This document shows positions 21,101 through 27,800 of a stretch of 50,474 nt of DNA, in pieces (positions within the stretch are counted from its first letter, which is position 1; every line of letters starts with the position of its first letter). Position numbers and translations under genes: made by a program. The notes under the pieces are model-generated. The model saw only the letters and a list, made by a program, of their open reading frames with translations. It did no database searches and was not told the origin of the DNA. The stretch comes from Myxococcales bacterium (lineage in GTDB: Bacteria; Myxococcota; UBA727; GCA-2721815): assembly GCA_002721815.1 (NCBI GenBank), contig PBLQ01000013.1, forward strand, positions 1 to 50,474, written 5' to 3'.

Positions 21101-21768
21101 CAAATCATGCAGGCGCCACCATTTACCACGTGGATGTGCATGGGGCCACCTATGATGCGGCGGATGATAATGCCTCTGTGTTCTATGCCCACGACCAAGC
21201 AACCTTGTTAAATGATTACGGCAATGATGTTCATGACTACTTGATTAAAACGGATGTGAGTTCAGATATGAGCGTGGTTTTACTCGCCACAGGTCGTCAG
21301 ACCTCTGATTTATTGGCCATGGAACTGTTCATTTGCTCTGAGAGCCCTGTTTACTGCACCCAAGGTGATTTTGGTGGTGCGCCGGGGAACAACGTCCTCG
21401 ATCATTGGGGGCGCGTGAAGCTTGGGGCACTGGACACCACAGGGTCGGTGGGTATGGATTTGAGAGTGACCGATGACGGGCAAATCTACGTGGGGTACAC
21501 GCACCGCAATCAAGTGAGAATGGCCCATTGTGCCGAAAATTGTACCGATATCGCCCAGTGGCGCGATGGCGTGTTACACATCGACCCGGTGGTCTCTCCA
21601 GCCATGTATAATAACGGCGTATTTTGGTTGACCGAAGAACCCAGTTTGAGTGAAGGCATACCTGCGAAAATCGGTTTTGTTTTGGGGAGATCTGCCGCGT
21701 TTGATGATGAAACCAGAAAGTTGAAAGCTTTCACGGGTGGTGAGTGGCTACCGCTCAAGGTTTACTGA
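9154..21768 (+). CDS. Giant (~4205 aa) cell-surface lipoprotein/adhesin: two CarbD-like domains, ~24 Ig-like LDTxxP repeats, Gly-rich linker, FN3, Cys/Trp-rich blade-repeat C-terminal region
   Basis: A single uninterrupted ORF. The start was chosen at ATG 9154 (MRSIWGALLGLFVFVGCQ, lipobox) with a GGGAGA RBS. The track ORF begins at 9013 but that part lacks a signal peptide. Domain content was read from the translation. Confidence 0.9.
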   Translation: MRSIWGALLGLFVFVGCQPTTQDTRADTRAAVSGRVVLADTPGVSDMSRVRVEIGKGEGGSTPEEDGMFQMTDLEPDVYEVRVLYIGGLTSDATESAYQEFTRRVLLQEGGNVDLGDIKLEVGLGVVTGGLVLTDESSTDGAIARLTNDTLVREAPVVDGVYTFADVPIGTYNLQVEKEGYTLAQEGSMSGSSVDDEEGGESNDAEGTEMGDLGCTQNTVVGFHSENVAAADFRFTPTNVSLLPGMGEIQTTRGSQWILSTETETLTANVVGGFITHARMWTENATPGAWEPFASGAGFEIAVSDLIEGNNAIYFQFAGCRYESPVTTLNVLLDKTAPSVESFEVRGRTPADDGGYWIATDAATLTVDFLADDAHSSIAGIAVVHTQDNEAPALADLVFDDVSAGDGLMMGSRQVGLTGGDGEKKIFLFLKDLAGNITESAYGDLSVHVDTEAPVPGSLLITGKDAAGEASTDVTATQEVTLTLSAEGASHYRVGYDETFGGQAWNDFDVSSRSWMLMPGDGTKTVYVQYKDAVGNVTLPISASIVLDTQPPSSTFISLNDGDDFTNSTAATATLSATDATHMRLSVDGLFDEEPWVAYDISHEVTLLSEEGEQRVDVMFRDAAGNVSMVKSDVIYLDMTPPELRSMDLLSIAAASDGTLWVTEENATLAVDIMADDGASGVSAVALVEGMTEPNANDVTFNAVFASPGLFLKTEYVTLNTAEGPTNVYLFLRDAAGNTSAMAGSFALQVDAQAPVFGDPAITVTNKSGTQIYADQAELQIQIADEEDPVMMRVGLQPLTSATQKIPYQSEVAVGLPSQTGLPVAFEVEVFDAAGNMTSATKSGFEVNRSGWLRGNISLEARQPAHVTMDTVLKLFDAGADLATTPRDIEYVTPSGEFEFAEVPEGAGMTLVVERMGYKTQTLAVPTIQSGLTSTLGDVEMEVARGYLSGRIMLEDLMDSEEEGHSGIRVMAQLVSSATSMTVMEAYTQNDGTFDFPYPGLPVNVEGESYTILAQLTGYFAESFEGQNVVEGDVTEMEPSRGELRPVSGDFDLCDPSTFGDGDCQPAAYTNLDAVGVRLRVREGVTQIRAMVGDTPFDPEAAEPAWEDYPTNAVPQVDIQSVAEGMIKVFVQVKDAAGNAGLVMNSQILVDRTAPQMRALTLNKSEDALRSDVTKEKAVNVTAEAELETADYAAPLARFEMAFSDESAPDDASPFDGSVRNCPINSACEVSLPRSIGDSVEEKRHVLNARVCDKAGNCSAEFETAAVLYDNTPPWIQSGTYVLNPEDAQMHDGVHYARTNLYSILLNTGTSINTAEAEMMDPAYESDDIDAVALADIYGWRLGFESNLIGEEWQTFDSTPQADYQVSVRGLGLPFGSTEEEVFMQFRDAAGNVTSVPSDYAFTVALDTEAPAASFVLNEGAKYIVQPPPNPLVSLIPITSVDLGFTTTSNDISEVQVSLTGLFDDTQTFPFSASGISVDLAHNVMVEDGEHHVYVRLEDWAGNITERSDSIILDRAPPDMGAVSVDDGSGYMLNYNAQVTVNCYDALANDGELLLDVSVDGEGGPAPEGTGYNGRYGNLIELSVGETQEVKTLNVTCTDPAGNNSEVVSIQATLDSEAPTFAAAPELHHGLNETNNPLVSVKVQVSDGVSGLDMLAFSEADSCDNVAFVEPPPVPSFCANDSSEECTSDSDCCTDDDGADCFCNVMDFRYLLSPNDGLKQVYVCARDMAGNVSTPRETNTVLLDTNPPTNPALSLTGGEWQTSSLTTANLSAVGASHMLIEGDVEEGPNTFDWIDYATSVPNLELSAGDGLKIVRAKFKDEAGNITDAVSAQTSVDETPPVVNSASCSSCQTVEGQLYAPERTIAFDVLGSDEGGSGVEWVKISLADGSAEATISYGNVLEYTLPNSGTSFDLVVWLVDYAGNTSDGSDDAYKQEFNIQLDDAPPVIHSFLVTSAASGYVTDPQLEIKLEVSDDTAFYRISNTGAFTGEPVVFVNENDTNGYPYVSLLHTVQAPTEDESKTVYVEVGDNAGNTAQQSVSVILDTTIPVGTIELAGGADYATVNRVDVVLTYPADATHYAVQNGLMDCTTQDLSSFNSVATSPQSLEDHHLGYGDGTKTVSVCYVDAAGNVAGASDNIILDTQGPTVSMVIENDAAYTQTRTVNLNLTKDEEIDKIVILNEGPGCDSLDFDNDGVGYEDTKGHTLSEGDGTKEVLVCFRDLSGQVTGATDTIELDSLDPNSTLTINDDVPYTNQRSVALTMGPNTPGAADFTDIVSMAVDAADCDTATYTPFVTSLTWLLGETEGDHTLEVCLKDASGRTAKTPAATVHLDTISPVPTVLIENDDAYTTFKKATVSFTFPDDATHYHAAGGAVNCENVSITDQVPADVSSVTLSNFDLPNAENEGEKMVTVCLKDNSGLIGSSFDTIYFDNNAPTVSVTINNGDTYSRSTSVDLTLSASENIAAIAIGDKMLDCNSESTDYSVYDYDVSIPNYDLGSAQGERQVKVCFRDDAGNLSSDVGLIIVDTLNPAATLKIGDDADYATQRQVSLSLLAVEGETNKFDDIKSMAVANAVSLDCDTAVYLPFTATQEHLLSDGDGEKQVVICLKDHAGNFASIGPAVIELDTQIPNGAIELAGGIEFLGHESSGAPRIEGTLTFPDDTLKYRVQNGYMDCTASTMVDLPDNHGGTYTVENHSLSSGEGEKLVTACFEDAAGLMASASAAIYVDQSPPNGTIVLNSGALVTDDANLSVTMSPPADVTHYAIGEGLDCDGNVSFIAYDGESMTDYLVDPAISGLYTIDVCFKDRAGLTAKTTASIILDVDAPVVNSVTITDADGNAIDYAKGVNVYVQVNITDLPDLTGDSGSDGDPGGGSGTGGGGGGSGGPDTETTLDVPNLEMMISEDAGFANAEWVTFKAFKPFTFSTANGPKNVYVKVRDGAEQESNVASDAEGVILDTESPTITSATFIESSPNALPGRVNPTDLAEDTEFCPGGNASTDPKKRFLSIELETNDNLAGSLTASVGLGSSCGDNYSPLSGNTVTVEVGCEDDGIHWVGICVKDAAGNRYTHPSIMLILDRQAPEQVSNVTAVGGSRQAMIDWQEAADLGDSGIQGYEIRYASFAELDGVGTVSVGDITSYSLTGLQDRATYYFQAAARDAAGNLGEFSAMKSFTTGFAQTVPRSDVTDAIIADPDRRFAQATVFEAMGQLYVFSYPTYEANPILKVKTCAYRTDNCRDPQQWTEFDLILGDIDRETTCVADDECGGGRCHEGFCYQNVWSFGAENVRALATSYRIYIAAMTNKGPALFTCDRGCTAAATQSADGLGFSLTYLERNNEDGCRIDQGGASWRSIDIAETTAGIHVAYNATEGDICVASCGKAYEAVPNTGMDVGPGCQLNQNWFHVNVSDVDSKPAFDLADRGPLDLEAWDDRIVLAYESENEGIEVISCYTGSGCINSGNSTGWDRFDANATSMTFAPLNPAGIEYNSPRIILTQDYIYTLWRKIGSYSTTKINRCARDAWIADNDACYPADNEDGTQGSFTQLWGQIEGGEMLSLFKGAGALHQVWWNKSQSRVKYAVCENPNATDCSDGDNWDRVVLANEVPSRTIPHVVQYGQNVLASWIDANAHVHLALPMVPAPDGFVVWPSAQSLRASWNPVSYVDGYDLWYQNARAYGASLDTNLWEQRIPLNDAFVNEVSMSLDTGASDELMTYNTCIRAYGNSGEESSDGDMYQVTAFVEETLSSDIPGNFSSRTCAADNTCSNYGADGWGSNVGYAYTINNDGVYVALQGRPEVRLALPNDATAGILDVLLTPQSSTRLGDYDNGYFFVVTGINHRNAIPETIVMNVCQFNLGQGRDCSFSDAWHSYEVVDNDTSNLGNANDGKTTAQLVHDGADRVFLAYRMSDRDQATANKVAFVSCFLTTYANGETTGCTEESQWLDYTFGGPHWKGMKTIPGRFSIAAGQTQITNQSGAVEDKGVVFLSYHRQDTNHAGATIYHVDVHGATYDAADDNASVFYAHDQATLLNDYGNDVHDYLIKTDVSSDMSVVLLATGRQTSDLLAMELFICSESPVYCTQGDFGGAPGNNVLDHWGRVKLGALDTTGSVGMDLRVTDDGQIYVGYTHRNQVRMAHCAENCTDIAQWRDGVLHIDPVVSPAMYNNGVFWLTEEPSLSEGIPAKIGFVLGRSAAFDDETRKLKAFTGGEWLPLKVY
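10141..17650 (+). repeat. Array of ~24 tandem ~95-105-aa Ig-like domains, each ending in an [IV]xLD[TR]xxP boundary motif and carrying a DAAGN/DxAGN strand
   Basis: Recurring boundaries include VLLDKTAPS, VHVDTEAPV, IVLDTQPPS, IYLDMTPPE, ILDTQGPTVS, IELDTQIPNG and ILDVDAPVVN. Copies are divergent (protein-level only), so this is not an assembly artefact. Confidence 0.7.
17752..17806 (+). repeat. Gly-rich low-complexity linker (GDPGGGSGTGGGGGGSGGPD) encoded by a GGC/GGT-rich simple repeat
   Basis: ggtggcgggagcggtactggtggcggcggcggcggctcgggagga read directly from the sequence. Confidence 0.6.
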
Positions 21769-21872
21769 TGCGAGCCTAAATAAGTCATTGGAAAAATAGA
21801 AATATACCGAGCATGCTTTACTGAAAAAGTGCTAATCTTTTGGCTCGTATTGATACTTTTCTTGGGGGGGGC

Positions 21873-24800
21873 ATGCGTCATCTTATCCTTCTTATTTTTT
21901 GTATTTCTGGGGTTTTAGGCGGTTGCCAACCCGTCACCAACGACACCCGCGCCGATGTGCGCGCTGCCATTTCTGGGCGTGTCGTCTTGGTGGACGAAAA
22001 CGGCTTAAACGATGTCAGTCGCGTCCGGGTTGAGCTGGGCAAAGGAGAGGGGGGGACCACCCCTGAAGAAGACGGCAGTTTTCAACTCTCGGACTTAGAA
22101 CCCGATGTCTATGAATTACGTGTCATCTATTCTGGCGGCTTAACGCCTGACGCCTCGGAGAGTGCGTACCAACAATTCAGTCGCCGTTTGCTGCTCCAAG
22201 AGGGGGGCAACCTGGATTTGGGTGATGTGGAGCTCCAGTTGGGTGTGGGGTCGGTGTCTGGTCAGCTGAGCGTCGAAGAAGGCCTCGATATCTCTTCTGC
22301 AACCGTGAACCTGTCGCGCATCACCTCATCGGACAAATCGCTGCGCCGCGTGGGCGACACCACCTACAGCCAAGCCCTCGAAGAAGATGGCAGCTTCACC
22401 TTAGAAAACGTTGCAGTGGGCTCTTATTATATGGTGGTTGAAGGCGATGGCATCTCTGCCACTTCAGGCTCTGCTTGCTTAGAGGTGGTGAGCGTTGACG
22501 AAGATTTACAAGTTAAAGAGGCCCCTTCTTTTTCATTGGCTTCCACCGCAGTGCGTTTTTCTGCCGGTACCGACCAAGTGATTGGCTTAGACACCTCAAG
22601 CCGTTGGTTGCTTTCGGGCGAGGGTGTCACCGTGCACATTCAAGCTTCTTTTGCCTTTGCCCAAAAAGTGTGGACGCAAGGCGAAGAGATGCCGGCTGAA
22701 TTTACAGATATTGACGAGGCAGACCGAGCAGACATCGTTCATATTTTTGAAAATATCGAAGAAGGTGAAAACGAAGTCTACTTTCAATTCGCAGACCCCT
22801 GTGGCTTTGAAAGCGAGGTGCTCACGCTGACTTTGGTGCGCGATATCTCACCTCCAGAGATTTTAAGTGCGCATTTGAACAACGAAGTGGCTTACAGCAC
22901 TGCAAGTACGGTGGCGCTCACGGTGGATGCCGTGGACGTGTTGTCAGACACCTTAGAAATGCAATGGGGCGTGTGTTTGTCGGGCGAGAGTGATTGTACG
23001 CCTTTAGACAGCGATGCCTCCAGCTGGACGCCTTATGTGCCTTATGTGAGCGTGCCTTTGGCCGAGGGCGATGGCACCTATCGGCTCGGTCTTCAACTCC
23101 GTGATGCATCACAGAACGCAACGGCCGTGGTGGAACGCAGCGTGACGTTGGATACGGTGGCGCCCACAGACTTAAGTTTGACCATCGGGGATGGGTCGGC
23201 CTTCATCACCGAGGCGAGTCAAATCTTGCGTCTGACGGGTGAGGGCATTTTTGAAATGCAGATCGGGACAGACTTGGCCGACGCCCCTTGGCAACCCTAT
23301 CAAGAGTACAGCAGCTACACCTTTTTGCCCTCTAGCGTCCCCGTGACATTGTATGCCAAAGCCCGTGATGAAGCGGGCAATATGACCGAATCCGTGGAAG
23401 CCAGCGTGACCTTAGATGCCACGGGGCCACAGGCACCCAGTGTGGTGCTCAACAATGGTGAACTGTTCTCCAATGGCCTAGCCGCTTTGGCTGATACAGA
23501 TGCTTCAGTACAAGGCGTCCGCATTGCCTTGAGCGTTGCCGGGGGCGAAGCCGGTGGGCAGGTCTTGATTGCAGGTGATGTTGAGGAAGCGGGCGCTTAC
23601 CCGTGGCCTGATCACCCCACTGAAGTGACTTTTGAGCGTGAAGAAGGAGAAAAAGAAATCAAAGTCGTACTGAGCGATGCGGCGGGCAACCACTCTGCCG
23701 TCACCAAGAGCACCGTCATGTTTGACTTTACCCGTCCAGTTTTAAACAATCTTCGTTTAAATGGTGATCGTGGTTACGCTCAAAGCGGCAATGTGAGTCT
23801 TGGATTGAACGCCACAGAGTTACATTTGAATCATCTCCAAATGAAGGTGGCCTTGTGTGTCTTGTCTGAAAACCCCCAAGACCACCTCAATCCCGCCGAG
23901 GAAATGACGTGCACGCCCTCACTTGAAGAACTGGAATGGGCTTCTTTTGCCGCTTTCCAAAATTTGAGCTTCCCTGAGGGAGACGGGGCGAAAGGCGTGC
24001 AAGTACGTTTGCGCGATGGTGCGGGCAATGAGAGTGAGGCCACGCTCATGAGGGCCTTTGTGCTGGACAGCACGCCACCCCAAAACGTGAGTCTGACCAT
24101 TGGTGATGGGTCGGCTTTTATCACCCAATTAACGCAAACAATCACATTGACTGGCGAAGGGATTGCAGAAATGAAGGTGGGCACTGACTCAGCCGGCGTC
24201 ACTTGGCAGCCTTACCAAGAAAATTTCATGTATACGTTTTCGCCTTCTGACGTGCCCGTGACGCTTTATGCCAGAGCCCATGATGAAGCGGGCAATACCA
24301 CAGATTTCGTGGAGGCCATGGTCACCTTTGATGCCACAGCTCCCCAAAACGCACAGGTGACGCTGAACGATGGCAGTCTTTTTTCAAACAATGATGCCTA
24401 CCAGGCGAATCTCAGCATTCTCGGCGGCGAAGAAGGCGGCCAGGTCATTCTGTCCGGTGACCTTGTTGAGGCGGGTGCCTACGATTGGCCCAATTACCCA
24501 TCCGAAGTGACCTTTGTGGCGGGCGAGGGCGACAGAGAAGTTCAAGTGGCCTTAAGCGACAGCGCTGCGAACTTTTCAGACTTTGTTTCGGCCATTGTCA
24601 TTTTTGACCTTACTGCGCCGGTGAACAATGTGGCATCTTTAAACCAAGACGATTTGTATTCTCAATCCGAGGTGGTCTCTTTGGTGCTGAATGTGACCGA
24701 GGCCCATGAAGATGGCTTACAAATGCGTGTGGCACAGTGCAGTCTTCCCAGTATGCCGCGAGACCACTTGAATCCTGCTGATCCAATGACCTGCGACCCT

Positions 24801-27800
24801 GTTTTAGAGGACATCCCGTGGGCACCTTACGCATCTTATCAAAATCTTATTTTTAATGAAGATGGGGCTAAGGGGGTACAAGTGCAAGTGCAGGACGGAG
24901 CGGGCAACCTTAGTGGTGCTGTGCAAAGGGCCTTTGTTCTCGATCGTCTGGCACCCCGCAGCATCAGTATCGCCATTGGTGATGGGAGCGCTTACGTGAC
25001 ACAACGGACGCAGGTGGTGTCCATTCAAGATGACAGACGTGAAGCCACGCACATGAAGATTGGCTTGGTGGAGGGGCTGCCTGGGGTGCCATGGCAAGCT
25101 TTTCAAGATCAAATTGAAGTCACATTTTCAGAAGAAGAAGGCGAGAAAACCGTCTACGCGCAGTTCCGCGATGCAGCAGGTAACGAGACACCTTCAACCA
25201 GTGCGTCCGTCACGTACACCACTTTGGGCACCATCACCGGCAAAGTGGTGGCAGAAGATTTACAAGATTTGAGTTTGGTGGAAGTGAGTGTGTTGGGCGG
25301 GAGTGGTTCGGTTTACCCTGAAGCCAACGGTACTTTTACCATCAGTGACATTCCTGAAGGCGTTTACACCGTCCAAGCCCAAGTCACGGGGCCCTGGGCC
25401 AGCAAATACAATGTGGCGCAATATGGCGTGGCGGTGGAGGCGTTACAGACCACCAGCATGCCAGACATGGTTTTAAACCTGGCGCGTGGCAACGTGAGTG
25501 GAGCCATTGATTTAGAAGCGCAAAACCACAATGGAGGCGTGGTGGTGCAACTCTTGCCGCTGTCAGTTGCTGACCAAGGCATGGCAGATGGTGGCGTCGC
25601 CAATGAAACTTGGGACGGTGGTGAGGCCGAAGACGATGGCTTCATTTATACCACCATCACCACCGATGAGGGTGCATTTGCCATCAACGGGGTCGTTGTG
25701 GGCCAATACCAGCTGAAGGCTTCAAAACCGAATTACGTGAGTCAAACCTTTGCGCCAATAGGGGTTTTGGCGAACGAAATGGCAGAAATCCCAACAATTT
25801 ATTTAGAAGTACAAAAAGGAGATGTCAGCGGTGTTGTTCAGGTAGAGGCCTTTGTCGGCAGCATGGACGATGGGAACGATTCAGACGGTGGCACCAACGA
25901 TTTGCGCACGAGGGTTTCTTTCTTGAATCTCAATTCACAGTTGACAGTTTCGCCCGGAGAAGCATTTACGTTTGACGGGGTGGCTTTGGGCCCCCAGACC
26001 ATGCGTTTTGAAGTGTTGCCCCCGTATGACGACTTGTATGCCCCAGTGGAGAAAGCTGTTGAAGTCACCGCAGGCCTCTCTTCGGTACCACAGGTTTATA
26101 TGCCTTTGTTGCGGGGAAGTCTCTCCGGCAGCGTTGCCAATGAAAACACCCTGCCAGTGATAGGGGCGTTGGTGTCGATTCAAGAGCTGGATCTCGTGAT
26201 GGTGTCGAATACCAACGGTGAGTTTGAGTTTCTGTCGGTTCCAGTGGGAGTTTACACCCTGAAAATCAACAGTGCGGGATATGGGGAAGAGACGCTGACG
26301 GCCCAAGTGCAGGCAAACACCAACACCGATCTCGGGCTGCAGACACTCGTTCGGGAGAAGGGGAATGTGCAGGGTTTGGTTAACATCGAAGGCGGTTTAT
26401 CTCCCAATAACGTTGCGGTATCTGTCGTCGGTGGCAGTCAAAGTGCGCAAGCGTCAGAGACAGAACCAAACAGCACCAACGGCAGTTTTCTTTTAGAAGG
26501 GGTCGACCCGGGACTGCAAACATTGCGTTTCGAGGTCACGGGTGGCGATGCCGTCAACTATTTGGCAAAAGAGCTCGATGTTGTGGTGCAGGCGGCTCAG
26601 ACCATAGAAGTCAATGGTGGTCAGCCTTTGACCGTTCTAAAGGCAAGAGGTTCTATTTCAGGGACCGTCCTGCTCGACAATCACAATGGTGATGTTGATG
26701 TCTTGGTGCAAATACCCTCTGAGTCGGAAGCCGTGTTGACCAATGCGGATGGTTCATTTGTTTTTTCTGATGTGCCGGTTGGGCAATACAATCTTACGTT
26801 TCAACGATCCGGTTACCAGGCAGCCACTGCGAACAACCAATTGGTGACCAACGGCGGCATCACCATTGTAGACACCCTCACTTTGCCAGAGTTGCTGGGC
26901 AGTATTTCGGGGCAGGTGGTCCTCGAGGAGGGTTCCGATTTTTCGGGCATTGAAGTCAGTTTGACGGGGACCAACCATTCTGTCACCACAGACATCGATG
27001 GCAACTTTAACTTGCCTGATATACGTCCTGGATTTTACAACGTGCTCATGCGCAATGACGGCTTTCAGGATTTACGTGAAAATGGTGTTTATGTTCAGGC
27101 GCTCGTTGATAACGATTTGGGCGGTTTTGTGCTCACGCGTGCGCGCGGCCTTCTTGAAGGCGTGGTTCGTTTGGAGGGGCTGGAAAACCATTTGGGCATC
27201 AAGGTCGAATTCCCAAATACGGGCTACACCACCTATTCTGCTGTGGACGGCAGCTTTGACCTTAATGTGCCGGTGGGCAACTATCCTGACTTAACCTTCT
27301 CGAAGACCCATTACGGTACGGTGGTTTTGGCGGATACCATTACGGTGACCGAGTACGGCACCTACGCGGTGGAGCCCGTTGATTTGGTGCAGGTGAGTAA
27401 ATCGGTCACAGGCTCGGCATTTTATCAGGGCATGGATGACCACCAAGGCATTTTGGTCCAAGCCTATGGCCTAAACGCGGGGGGGACTGAAACGTTGGTT
27501 GACGAAACCACCACCTCAACTGCAGGGACCTACGGTTTTGAATCTTTACCGCTTGGCCAATACCGTTTCCGATTCTCAAACCCGTTGGCCAATACCAGTT
27601 GGTCAAGGCCTTTCTTTCAGGTTGCCCTAGAGGTGGGTGCTGCCGAAGAAATGCCATCTGTTTTTCTGCAGAATATGTTTGTCTTCATTAACGATGATGA
27701 TTTGGCCACGAATAATCCAGTGGTGACATTAAATGTGGGGGCCATGGGTTGTGATACCATGCGTGTGGCGAATGAAGGCGATGACCTCAGCGCTGCGCCA

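Noticed and set aside
9091-21758. Many 60-200-aa ORFs on the minus strand inside the giant genes (e.g. 12598..13215, 14584..15045, 17688..18239, 26754..27004)
   Set aside because: All are embedded antisense or off-frame within two uninterrupted, domain-rich 12.6-kb and 9.4-kb ORFs. Their products are low-complexity and lack motifs.
10141-27670. Periodic repeats considered as a possible CRISPR array or satellite
   Set aside because: The periodicity is ~300 nt and exists only at protein-domain level, with diverged nucleotide copies inside an ORF. There are no short identical direct repeats with unique spacers, and no cas genes.
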